Positions 1 through 9,569 of a stretch of 64,000 bases of DNA are shown here, one piece after another (the first letter of the stretch is position 1; every line of letters starts with the position of its first letter). The notes below the pieces were generated by a model. The model saw nothing but the letters and a program-made list of their open reading frames with translations. It was not told where the DNA came from and made no database searches. Origin of the DNA: Oikopleura dioica. Lineage: Eukaryota; Animalia; Chordata. Position numbers and translations under genes: made by a program. The stretch covers positions 124,001-188,000 of the forward strand of contig OU015566.1 in assembly GCA_907165135.1 (NCBI GenBank), given 5' to 3'.

Positions 1-40
1 ATTTTGACCTCGTTTTTGGGCGATTCATGATAACGATGAC
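1..40 (+). repeat. Satellite monomer fragment (left flank of element A)
   Basis: Matches the ~170 bp monomer; ends in ATGAC, the target-site duplication of element A. Confidence 0.9.
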
Positions 41-1086
41 TAATATCGATCAATGCAAGAACAGAAAAAATAAAAATTGAATATTCCTTTCACGGCCGAC
101 TTTCGTCAATTTGGATTGATTTTTGTAGGAATTCACAGATTAATTGCTGCTGTTTATTTCGCCTTGAACCCTTAACTAAGTGGGTAATTGATGAAAATTA
201 ATTTAAGTTAACTCTAGTTAATTAAGGGTTCAGGGATTAATTTTCAGTAGTGGTTCGGGAGTTTAGGTTTCTTTTGCGCTACGGTGCTTTCACAATTTCA
301 ATTGCATGAAAAAGGATGATAGTTAAAACGCATTAAAATCACAATATCGATTTCTTTTATCTTTAGAAAAATTACTCTTCCTTGATTTCAGTTTTATTTT
401 AAAATTACTGGTAATTATTTACTGCAACGATTCTCGCTGGAATTCTTCTTGATGGCAATTGCTGTATGTTCTCATCCACTAGCTGAGTTCCGCATTGCGG
501 CTTGACACTGTGACCCCGTGCACCTCGGGATGGCGGTGTCTGTAAGTGCTCCTGGTAGGCGACGGTTTTATGAATCCTTTTTCGGCTCGAATTTAGATCG
601 ACTGGTCATCCTTCTTCTTTAACGACGAAAATGCACTTTCTTCAACCTCGACGGCAACTGCTTCAACGACAAAAACGACAAAACCGACAAATACAAGATG
701 GAAATGGACAAACGCTCTGGACAGACGACGATTATGGAACTGGACTGGCTTGCGAATCTTTATCAAAGTGTGATATGGTCACATAGTGAGAAGTTGATCA
801 CTTTGATAAAATTGGAATGGAATTGCTGCTAATTATGAAAAATCGGATGAACTTGAATGGCGGAAGCGAAAGCGGCTTGCCATATTTGGAAAGAAAAACA
901 ACTGCGCGAAAGGCGCTTCACCATATTTGGAAGTAAAAACATCTGCGCGAAATGCGAAATTTGAAAATTTGTAAAATCGAAAATCAGTCTCTTTCTTCAA
1001 CCAAATAATATAGCAGCATTCCGAATTTTCTAGTGTTTTCTTTCGCAAGTGGCAATTAGCTTAGAGATAAGGACCAGACGGTATCA
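41..1086 (+). repeat. 5' LTR of element A
   Basis: Direct repeat of 6887-7932; termini TAATA...TATCA. Confidence 0.95.
481..590 (+). ncRNA. Conserved structured RNA motif in LTR (family A; second copy 7327-7436)
   Basis: Helices GAGT/GCTC, CCGC/GCGG, GACACTG/CGGTGTC and CCCG/CGGG covary with the other LTR families; function unknown. Confidence 0.65.
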
Positions 1087-1100
1087 TAGTGACCATGCCA
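1087..1100 (+). promoter_or_regulatory. Putative primer-binding site, atypical (TAGTGACCATG)
   Basis: Directly follows the 5' LTR; resembles TGGTGACC-type PBS but starts TAG, not TGG. Confidence 0.5.
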
Positions 1101-1134
1101 AGCGACACGAATCTTCAATCAAAGGTACAAAAAA

Positions 1135-2208
1135 ATGCCGGAGGAACTTCTTTTTCAGCATTTTCCCTCTCTTAATCCGAGACAGTTTTTTCGACCCAAT
1201 ATGCTTCCGTTTGAATTTTTAAATTCTAAAAATAGTTTGAGCGATAAGATTAAGGCGATGCGAAAAATTTTTGAAAAATCAATCCAGGATCATGGACGGG
1301 AAAATGAGAAATCAAATCTGATCAAGCAGTTTGAGCGAGCTGCTGTTGATTGCATCCGTAATAATTGCTCTCACGATTTCTTGAACAATTATTCTAGAGA
1401 AATGAGTAGCCTTGAAAATGTTGAGTCAACTTTTGAATTTCTCGAGTCTCTTTTCGGCTCTGAAACTGAGGAGGAAAAAAAGGAGCGCGCGTCGATGGAG
1501 CTTGAAAAATTGACAAGGCGAACAGATATGAATGAGAAATTTTCATCCTTTATTCAAAGAATCAAAACTGTTGCTCAAATGATTTCGGACAAGCCCGATG
1601 CCATTAATTTTATCGTAGATGATCATTTCTCAAAAAATCTCGAGCCCGCGAATCGTGCATTTCTTAGAGATCACGGTTACAGTAAAAAAGCAACTGCTGA
1701 GATTGTTTCATTTCTTGATTCCCGCGAAAGATACTTGAATGTAAATATTTCTGCAGTTCAGTCAAACGAATTGTCGCATTTTGTTGATAAAACAAGTGAA
1801 TTGCTGGAGTCAAAATTGAGCCAAATGGAAGCGGTTTATGAGAAACGAGCTGCTGATTTTAGTGCAAGTATTGATAAATTGACTGCGACAGTCGCTAAAC
1901 TCGAACTTGAGAAAAATAACTTGCGCCAAAATTTTCAGGCCCCTATTCAAAATCAGAATCAAGCGAATGCGGCTCCAGGACTTCCTCCTCAGTTTAATAG
2001 CTTTTGGAATCCTCAATTTGGGAATCAGAGTCAGATGGGAGGATTTGCCCCGCGGCCAACAGCATTTTGTTTCAATTGTAGACAATATGGTCATTTTAAA
2101 TCCCGTTGCCCGAGAATCAAATGCTTCGAATGTCAAAAACTTGGGCACATTAGCCGTTTTTGCCCAGAAAAATCTGCAAAAGAAGGAGTCAGCAACTCAA
2201 AAAACTAG
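1135..2208 (+). CDS. gag: Gag with two CCHC zinc knuckles
   Basis: 357 aa ORF with CFNCRQYGHFKSRC and CFECQKLGHISRFC; homologous to the gag ORFs of elements E and G. Confidence 0.95.
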   Translation: MPEELLFQHFPSLNPRQFFRPNMLPFEFLNSKNSLSDKIKAMRKIFEKSIQDHGRENEKSNLIKQFERAAVDCIRNNCSHDFLNNYSREMSSLENVESTFEFLESLFGSETEEEKKERASMELEKLTRRTDMNEKFSSFIQRIKTVAQMISDKPDAINFIVDDHFSKNLEPANRAFLRDHGYSKKATAEIVSFLDSRERYLNVNISAVQSNELSHFVDKTSELLESKLSQMEAVYEKRAADFSASIDKLTATVAKLELEKNNLRQNFQAPIQNQNQANAAPGLPPQFNSFWNPQFGNQSQMGGFAPRPTAFCFNCRQYGHFKSRCPRIKCFECQKLGHISRFCPEKSAKEGVSNSKN

Positions 2209-5200
2209 AACGAGAGCCCGATTCTGACCAAATTTGGGTTCCTCAGATTTCTGTAAATAACGTAGGACAGCAATTTTTTGTTAATGTAAATATTTTTAAC
2301 AGTCACGTGCGGTGTCTTGTAGACACAGGCGCCCAAATAAATATTATTTGTCACAAATACATCCCAAAAAACATAAAAATTGAAAAAACAAAAATAAATG
2401 TCGTTAACTATTCCGGTGGGAAAATTGATATTATCGGAAAGGTTGTAGCCGAGATAGTTATCGACGAAAAAATAAATGGTAAATCGACTTTTTACGTAGT
2501 TACAAATGATTTTTGCCCGATTTTTGGTGTTCCAGCGCTCATTGATAATGAATTACTTATTAACCTTAAACGTAAACGCTTAATAAAAATCGGACCTGTG
2601 GAAAGATTTGCCCGTTTAAATGAAGTAACTGTAAATTCCTCAGTAAGTGACAATCAAGAAGTGCAGATTTATTTAGAGGATGAGCCTTATAATGCGTTAT
2701 CAAAAGAAACATTTTCATTCAGGCCAAAGTCGGAAACGATAATTGATCTTCATGTTCAAAATTTGGCATCAACGAAAAATCTTTTCTTTGAACATTCAAA
2801 TTTAGGAGATTCAAAATTGCAATTGATTCCAAGTTTTCAGACCGTTGATAGTGATTCCCCTATTTTTCGATGTCTTGTTATTAATCCTACTGATAGTAAT
2901 ATTAAAATCCACGCTGGTACAATTTACGTTAAACTCGAAGAGGTTGTCGAGATTGCGAGAATAAAGAAAACGAGGAATAAAAATCTTGACAACCTTGAGG
3001 TTGGGCCAATTGAATCACACTCGGTTAAAAGTAAATTTGACGCTCTTACTGATGAATTTTCATTTCTTTTTTTGGACAACGATGATCCGCTCCCCGCGTG
3101 TAATCTTGAAAAATTTTCGATTAAAACTGAGTCAAAACATCCGATTGCGGTTGCCCCATACAGGACTCCATTCAGTCTTAGAAATGAAATGTGGACGATG
3201 TTAAAACGGGATATGAAAAATGATATAATAGAACGATGTTCAAGTCCATGGAATTCCCCTTGTTTGTTAGTTCGAAAAAAGGATGGCACATATCGGTTAG
3301 TGATCGATTTTCGGCAATTGAATAATGTGACTTATCAACAGCATCATCCTTTGCCGAATCTCGAAGATAGTCTTTCTTATCTAGAGAAAAGCAGAATTTT
3401 CAGTTCATTAGATTTGATAAAAGGATTTTACCAAGTTTTAATCGAAGAAGATTCTAAGGATAAAACGGCTTTTAGTTGTGAATTTGGTCAATTTAGATTT
3501 AAGAGAATGCCGATGGGCGCGAAAAATAGCCCATCTCATTTTATGCGAATAATGGACAAGGTTTTAATGGGCACAGAAAAGACGCAAATCCTTGCGTACA
3601 TGGACGATCTTCTTTGCCATAGTGTAACCGAGGAGGATCATCTTCTCTGTCTCCGAAAATTTTTTACTATTTGTAGCGCTAATAATCTTCGAATTCATTC
3701 AAGAAAGGCACTATTTTTTCAAAAAACAGTTACTTTTTGCGGGTATGTGATAAGTAGCGGAAACGTTTACCCATCACGAGATAAGATTAAGGCCATCGAG
3801 AATTTAACTATTCCGAAGTCGAAAGAACAAGCTCAAAGTCTTTTTGGACTTTTAAATTTTCATAGACGATTTATAAATAACTTTGCAGCAATCGCGTTGC
3901 CAATTACAAAAACCTATCGAAAAAATTTTTGCTGGACCGATGAAGCATCAGATGCACTCAACACGCTCAAAAAATTAATTTGTGATAATTCGCTAAAATT
4001 AAAAATTGCCCCATCGGACGGAGGGTTATTTGTGCTCGAGACAGACGCTAGTAATTATGGATATGGAGGGGTTTTATATATCTGCGAGCAAAATAATAAT
4101 CAGGAATCGCACTTTCATAATTCTGACTGTCTCTTACCGGTTATGTATAACAGTGGTAATTTTAATCAATCTCAGGTTAATTATACAATCATTGAAAAAG
4201 AGCTTCTTTCAGCAAAACTTTGCATGGAAAAATGGTCGGTTTATTTAGCATGTCGTGAATTTCATTGGATTACGGATAATAACAATATAAAATATATTAA
4301 AACCCTTCGTACTTGTAATCAAAAATTAGCCAGATGGATAACCGATTTACAGTCATTTTCATTTCGAGTCATTAGTAAATCATCGAGCAAAATGAAAGTT
4401 AGTGATTATCTTAGCCGTCATTCAGTGTCTAATCTTACGATTAATGCAATAAAACTAAATGAAAATCGTTTTCTTGAGCTTCAAAAGCTTGATTCTACCC
4501 TTTCAGAAATACGAAAATTTTTAAAAATCGATCGCTGGCCGAATAATCCTAAGAATGACATTGCTTTTTATCTTCTTCTTCGAGATAAGCTTGAAATATC
4601 AGAAAGTGGTCTTTTAGTATATAAAGAAAGTCATAATATCTCTCGCGTTTGTGTCCCTCGAGAGCTTGAAGCGGAGATAATCGAAAATTATCATAATTAC
4701 TGTCATGCGGGAATAGACCAAATTTTTGCTAAAATTTCACTAAAATATATCTGGCCGAGAATGAAAATAGGCATAAGGGAATTTATACGTAGCTGCTCAT
4801 ATTGTCAAAAAGACAAACCAAATTATCATCCAAATAGAGCTCCAACACTTAGTTTTAAAACACCAACTGGCCCCTATCAAGTTTTTGGATTTGATTTGAT
4901 TACATTGCGCCCAACTGATAAAGGAAATCGTTATGTAATGGTGATGGTTGATTTTTTCTCAAAATTCGGATACTGTGAACCATTAAAATCAAGAAACTCT
5001 CATGAGTTACTGTCAAAATTCAAAAACGTTATTTTTCGAAACCCGTTTTTTCCGAAATATGTTGTTTTAGATAACGCCCGCGAACATTCTGAAATAGAAC
5101 GTTTTATGATTGAAAACAGTATTGAGCCACATTTTTCGCCTCCAAGACATCCACAAAGTAACGGTCAATGTGAAAATTTTAATAGAACTTTGAAAAGTCG

Positions 5201-6797
5201 ATTGCGAGCGAAGTGTAATTATGAGAACTGGGATTTATGTCTGCAGGAAGTCCTTCATGATATAAATAACTCTTCTCATTCTGTGACAGGCCTTTCGCCC
5301 TTTACAATTCAAACAGGTTTTAGAAACCCCCATCACATTTTTGATCAAAACTTTCGAGATTATAACGAAAGAGTAGAAATAAATTTTGAGTCCATAAAAG
5401 ATCTAATTGACGAGGAAAAAAAAGCAAGACTGGCTAAATTCGCTAATCCATCATTCACCCCGTATAAAATTGGAGAAAAAGTTCTTTTACGAAATTTCGA
5501 AAATAAAAAACCATCATTTTTGGGACCATTTGAGATTATTTCTGCTTCAAAAGAAGGAACATGGTACACTGTAAAATCAGACAAACAGTTATTTAGGCGT
5601 CACGCTGATGACCTTAAGAAATTTCATTCTCGATTAGATAACCCTAGAATAAATCAAGCCCCGGAACCGGAAATTCCTGAAATTGAAAAAATTTTGCCAG
5701 ATCCCATTTTTAACGATCAGCCCCCAACCTTTTCTTATTTTTCTGCATCATCGCCCCTGGAAACCGATTCATTTGAAGTCAAAAAAGACATGGCCCTTGA
5801 TAAACTTTCATCGGCTTGTGTCGATGGGATTTTCGAAAATATTTTTACTCAATTTATAGTCGATGCGCTTTCAGAAAATTTAGAGGAGAGCGCTTCATCC
5901 TCAGAAGATGAAAGTTCTATTATTTCTGTTATCGAAAACGAGGGCGAATTTGAGATTTTGGAACGAGAAGAAATTAATAATTTAAGCGGTATATTGCCAA
6001 ATCCAGTTAGGCAACTAGAATTTTCTACCGATTCAGAGTTCGAAATTGAAACAAACAGTGAGTTATGGGAAATAACCATCGATTCGGACCCTGAAACGGT
6101 AGAAAAAAGTCCTAAATTACTATCTTATGATAAACTACAATTGACGCAAAATGATCGGCTTGTCACTCCAAAAGACTCTGATATTGACCCAATAAGAAAA
6201 CTTGCCAAAAGAGAGCGGGAATCTTCAAAAGACTCTGCCCCAAGCCCAAAAAAAGCAAATACAAATCTGGAATCAAATTTTTTTGAAATCGAAAACATGT
6301 CGATAGTTATAAAATTGGAAAATGAAAATATGGGATTTTTTGAAAAACTGGATCGGGAATATGAGGCCTTTGCTGCAGACATGATGGTCGAAAATGGTTG
6401 TATTTTAAGGCTGAGTGAGCTTGCGAAAGATAATCTTATGTTTATTTTATGGAAATTTGAAATTGAATTTTCGGAAACAGAAAATGTAGGAGAGTTAAGA
6501 CTAAAAATTCGAGACTATATTCAATCAAATCATCCAAATTGGCGAAAAACAAATTCAGGAGACCTTCTCTTTTTTTCAATCTTGCATTTGAGAGAACGGA
6601 AGCGCCTCTCTGAATTAAACAAACCCGAGTTAAAAGTTTTGATAGCTCAATTTAATCTGTCTGAAAAGTGTATTCCTTCAAAACTGTCAAAAAATGAATT
6701 ATTACGATTTATTGATGAAAAATTTCGTCTTCTTTTCCCAAATCATCCACGAGAAAATGATGAGCTTATTTTTGAACCAAAAACAAATATTCAATAG
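2160..6797 (+). CDS. pol: Pol polyprotein PR-RT-RNaseH-IN plus ~400 aa C-terminal extension
   Basis: VDTG protease, YMDD RT, LETDAS RNase H, HHCC finger, D-D-E (FDLI, LDNA, CENFN), GPF motif, then acidic linker and two helical repeats. Confidence 0.97.
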   Translation: MPRKICKRRSQQLKKLEREPDSDQIWVPQISVNNVGQQFFVNVNIFNSHVRCLVDTGAQINIICHKYIPKNIKIEKTKINVVNYSGGKIDIIGKVVAEIVIDEKINGKSTFYVVTNDFCPIFGVPALIDNELLINLKRKRLIKIGPVERFARLNEVTVNSSVSDNQEVQIYLEDEPYNALSKETFSFRPKSETIIDLHVQNLASTKNLFFEHSNLGDSKLQLIPSFQTVDSDSPIFRCLVINPTDSNIKIHAGTIYVKLEEVVEIARIKKTRNKNLDNLEVGPIESHSVKSKFDALTDEFSFLFLDNDDPLPACNLEKFSIKTESKHPIAVAPYRTPFSLRNEMWTMLKRDMKNDIIERCSSPWNSPCLLVRKKDGTYRLVIDFRQLNNVTYQQHHPLPNLEDSLSYLEKSRIFSSLDLIKGFYQVLIEEDSKDKTAFSCEFGQFRFKRMPMGAKNSPSHFMRIMDKVLMGTEKTQILAYMDDLLCHSVTEEDHLLCLRKFFTICSANNLRIHSRKALFFQKTVTFCGYVISSGNVYPSRDKIKAIENLTIPKSKEQAQSLFGLLNFHRRFINNFAAIALPITKTYRKNFCWTDEASDALNTLKKLICDNSLKLKIAPSDGGLFVLETDASNYGYGGVLYICEQNNNQESHFHNSDCLLPVMYNSGNFNQSQVNYTIIEKELLSAKLCMEKWSVYLACREFHWITDNNNIKYIKTLRTCNQKLARWITDLQSFSFRVISKSSSKMKVSDYLSRHSVSNLTINAIKLNENRFLELQKLDSTLSEIRKFLKIDRWPNNPKNDIAFYLLLRDKLEISESGLLVYKESHNISRVCVPRELEAEIIENYHNYCHAGIDQIFAKISLKYIWPRMKIGIREFIRSCSYCQKDKPNYHPNRAPTLSFKTPTGPYQVFGFDLITLRPTDKGNRYVMVMVDFFSKFGYCEPLKSRNSHELLSKFKNVIFRNPFFPKYVVLDNAREHSEIERFMIENSIEPHFSPPRHPQSNGQCENFNRTLKSRLRAKCNYENWDLCLQEVLHDINNSSHSVTGLSPFTIQTGFRNPHHIFDQNFRDYNERVEINFESIKDLIDEEKKARLAKFANPSFTPYKIGEKVLLRNFENKKPSFLGPFEIISASKEGTWYTVKSDKQLFRRHADDLKKFHSRLDNPRINQAPEPEIPEIEKILPDPIFNDQPPTFSYFSASSPLETDSFEVKKDMALDKLSSACVDGIFENIFTQFIVDALSENLEESASSSEDESSIISVIENEGEFEILEREEINNLSGILPNPVRQLEFSTDSEFEIETNSELWEITIDSDPETVEKSPKLLSYDKLQLTQNDRLVTPKDSDIDPIRKLAKRERESSKDSAPSPKKANTNLESNFFEIENMSIVIKLENENMGFFEKLDREYEAFAADMMVENGCILRLSELAKDNLMFILWKFEIEFSETENVGELRLKIRDYIQSNHPNWRKTNSGDLLFFSILHLRERKRLSELNKPELKVLIAQFNLSEKCIPSKLSKNELLRFIDEKFRLLFPNHPRENDELIFEPKTNIQ
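2199..2260 (+). promoter_or_regulatory. -1 ribosomal frameshift signal
   Basis: A_AAA_AAC heptamer just before the gag stop; stem GAGCCCGA/TTGGGTTC with possible TCTGA/TCAGA pseudoknot; pol is in the -1 frame. Confidence 0.8.
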
Positions 6798-6886
6798 TTC
6801 TTGAATAATCGATAAAAACAGAAGAAAAAAAAAAAAAATATATAAAAAACAAAGAATCAAAAAAAAAATCCCTGGCGGGGCCATAC

Positions 6887-7932
6887 TAATATCGATCAAT
6901 GCAAGAACAGAAAAAATAAAAATTGAATATTCCTTTCACGGCCGACTTTCGTCAATTTGGATTGATTTTTGTAGGAATTCACAGATTAATTGCTGCTGTT
7001 TATTTCGCCTTGAACCCTTAACTAAGTGGGTAATTGATGAAAATTAATTTAAGTTAACTCTAGTTAATTAAGGGTTCAGGGATTAATTTTCAGTAGTGGT
7101 TCGGGAGTTTAGGTTTCTTTTGCGCTACGGTGCTTTCACAATTTCAATTGCATGAAAAAGGATGATAGTTAAAACGCATTAAAATCACAATATCGATTTC
7201 TTTTATCTTTAGAAAAATTACTCTTCCTTGATTTCAGTTTTATTTTAAAATTACTGGTAATTATTTACTGCAACGATTCTCGCTGGAATTCTTCTTGATG
7301 GCAATTGCTGTATGTTCTCATCCACTAGCTGAGTTCCGCATTGCGGCTTGACACTGTGACCCCGTGCACCTCGGGATGGCGGTGTCTGTAAGTGCTCCTG
7401 GTAGGCGACGGTTTTATGAATCCTTTTTCGGCTCGAATTTAGATCGACTGGTCATCCTTCTTCTTTAACGACGAAAATGCACTTTCTTCAACCTCGACGG
7501 CAACTGCTTCAACGACAAAAACGACAAAACCGACAAATACAAGATGGAAATGGACAAACGCTCTGGACAGACGACGATTATGGAACTGGACTGGCTTGCG
7601 AATCTTTATCAAAGTGTGATATGGTCACATAGTGAGAAGTTGATCACTTTGATAAAATTGGAATGGAATTGCTGCTAATTATGAAAAATCGGATGAACTT
7701 GAATGGCGGAAGCGAAAGCGGCTTGCCATATTTGGAAAGAAAAACAACTGCGCGAAAGGCGCTTCACCATATTTGGAAGTAAAAACATCTGCGCGAAATG
7801 CGAAATTTGAAAATTTGTAAAATCGAAAATCAGTCTCTTTCTTCAACCAAATAATATAGCAGCATTCCGAATTTTCTAGTGTTTTCTTTCGCAAGTGGCA
7901 ATTAGCTTAGAGATAAGGACCAGACGGTATCA
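6887..7932 (+). repeat. 3' LTR of element A
   Basis: Copy of 41-1086 at offset 6846. Confidence 0.95.
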
Positions 7933-8275
7933 ATGACCATCGAAAAAAAAATTTTTTTTTTGAATTTTTTTTCTTTTGGGTTTGAGAGGCTCAGTATCAA
8001 CCAAAATGACGCTCGGAAGACGGCAGAAACGCTGCAAATAAAATTAGAGCAAAAAACGAAATTTCAAAATTTTGACCTCGTTTTTGGGCGATTCATGACA
8101 ACGATGACCATCGAAAAAAAAATATTTTTTTTTTGAATATTTTTTCTGTTGGGTTTGAGAGGCTCAGAATCAACCAAAATGACGCTCGGAAGACGGCAGA
8201 AACGCTGCAAATAAAATTAGGGCAAAAAACGAAATTTCAAAATTTTGACCTCGTTTTTGGGCGATTCATGATAAC

Positions 8276-9569
8276 TGATACGGAAGCGGCTGTCCTGCAG
8301 GAATTTTGCTCGATCTCTTACTCTAGAATGCCAAGCGAAAATAACGAGAATCAAATTTTAAATTTGCGTGGTTTTATTTGTGATTTGAATGACGGAGAAA
8401 GGCGCGACGCGGGGTTAAATAGCAGCGAGATTCGATCAGTGTTTTTGAACAAGCGGTTGTTTTTGAAAAACAATTTTTCTTTCGAAAACAAGGAAGAGAG
8501 CCCGTGGCTTCTTTTAGCGGTTTTCTTGCGGGAAATCCTTTCGGATCGATTTCTTTTCGGAAGAGGAGCTGGTCGAACTTGCCAAGCAAGTTATTTTCAA
8601 AGGTTTCGGGAGCCGGCGCCGCGCGTGACGAGATAAAACGCAAATTAATTATTTTTTTTTATAATAAAAAGCAGAAAATAATAACAGCCACTTAAACTTC
8701 TCACTATGTGACCGTAGAAGTGACTGTTAATTATGATTGAAATAAATAAAGGATGAGAAAAGTAAAAGAATATATACAAAATTTTAACAAATAAATTGAA
8801 TAAAATTTGGTCAGGATTTTATAAAATAAATTTATCAAAATTGAAATCATAGAAGAAGCAAATTCCAAAGAACATACCCGGGGGAAGTTACTGTCGCGGT
8901 TCGCACCGTATCTTCTCTTACGGATGAGCTAGTTTGCGACAAGCGGACGCACTGACAGAGAGTTTGTCCGACCCCACGGCACCGAGATGATACGACGGTT
9001 TATCTGCTCGTTGGAGTTGTTGTTGTTGAAGAAGGTGTTGACGGCTGTTCTGTTGTAGACTTTGAATCGTATGTACTGTCAATAATCGAACTTTAAAATC
9101 GCAAAGCAATGATAAGAAATATCAATAAATAGATTAAACATGCGGTTTTGCGAATTGCATATTTTTGATGAATTGACGTCAGATCGCACTAGAATAGTCA
9201 GAAACGAATTAAGATTTCTTCCAAAGTATGCGTACATACACATTAATCCTAGACTGAATAAACCCTTAATTAGTTTCCGACCCGTTGATTATGATGAGAG
9301 CATATGAGCATTCCAATGATAAAAGTAGAAATCGTAAAGAGATGACATGATGATAAGACAATTTTGGGTCAATCTGGCTCGTAAAAACTGACCATCTTTT
9401 CATTTTGAGAAGAATATCGTGAAATGATTTTTGAAAAAATGTCTGATCAATTTGGTGATACCAAGCTGACAAGACAAATTTAAACCAACGTAGAACCGAA
9501 TTGACGTAAATACTTGGCCGTGAAATAAATTTTTTGTGTTGCTTGAGGCGTTGTTCCCTAAGGATATCA
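8276..9569 (-). mobile_element. Solo LTR B (1294 bp)
   Basis: TGATA...TATCA termini, TSD ATAAC (8271-8275, 9570-9574); shares LTR motifs with element A on the minus strand. Confidence 0.92.

Larger units (their letters stand above)
41..7932 (+). mobile_element. Element A: full-length, apparently intact Ty3/gypsy LTR retrotransposon
   Basis: 1046 bp LTRs (41-1086, 6887-7932) with no differences seen by eye; 5-bp TSD ATGAC (36-40, 7933-7937); open gag and pol with order PR-RT-RH-IN. Confidence 0.97.

Noticed and set aside
481-590. LTR motif as 5S rRNA (Cassandra-like), tRNA, hammerhead, HDV or hairpin ribozyme
   Set aside because: Lacks 5S/tRNA boxes, CUGANGA/GAAA, the HDV nested pseudoknot and hairpin loop A/B partners; CCUGGUA and CUCCUCG similarities are isolated.
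833-1048. Short ORFs inside LTRs and antisense to gag/pol
   Set aside because: Not conserved at protein level across families; expected by chance.
5600-6797. env gene or chromodomain after integrase
   Set aside because: No separate ORF, signal peptide or TM helix, and no aromatic-cage pattern; the extension is in frame, acidic, then helical.
6879-6886. GGCCATAC matching the 5' region of 5S rRNA
   Set aside because: Only 8 nt and not identical in D; likely coincidence.
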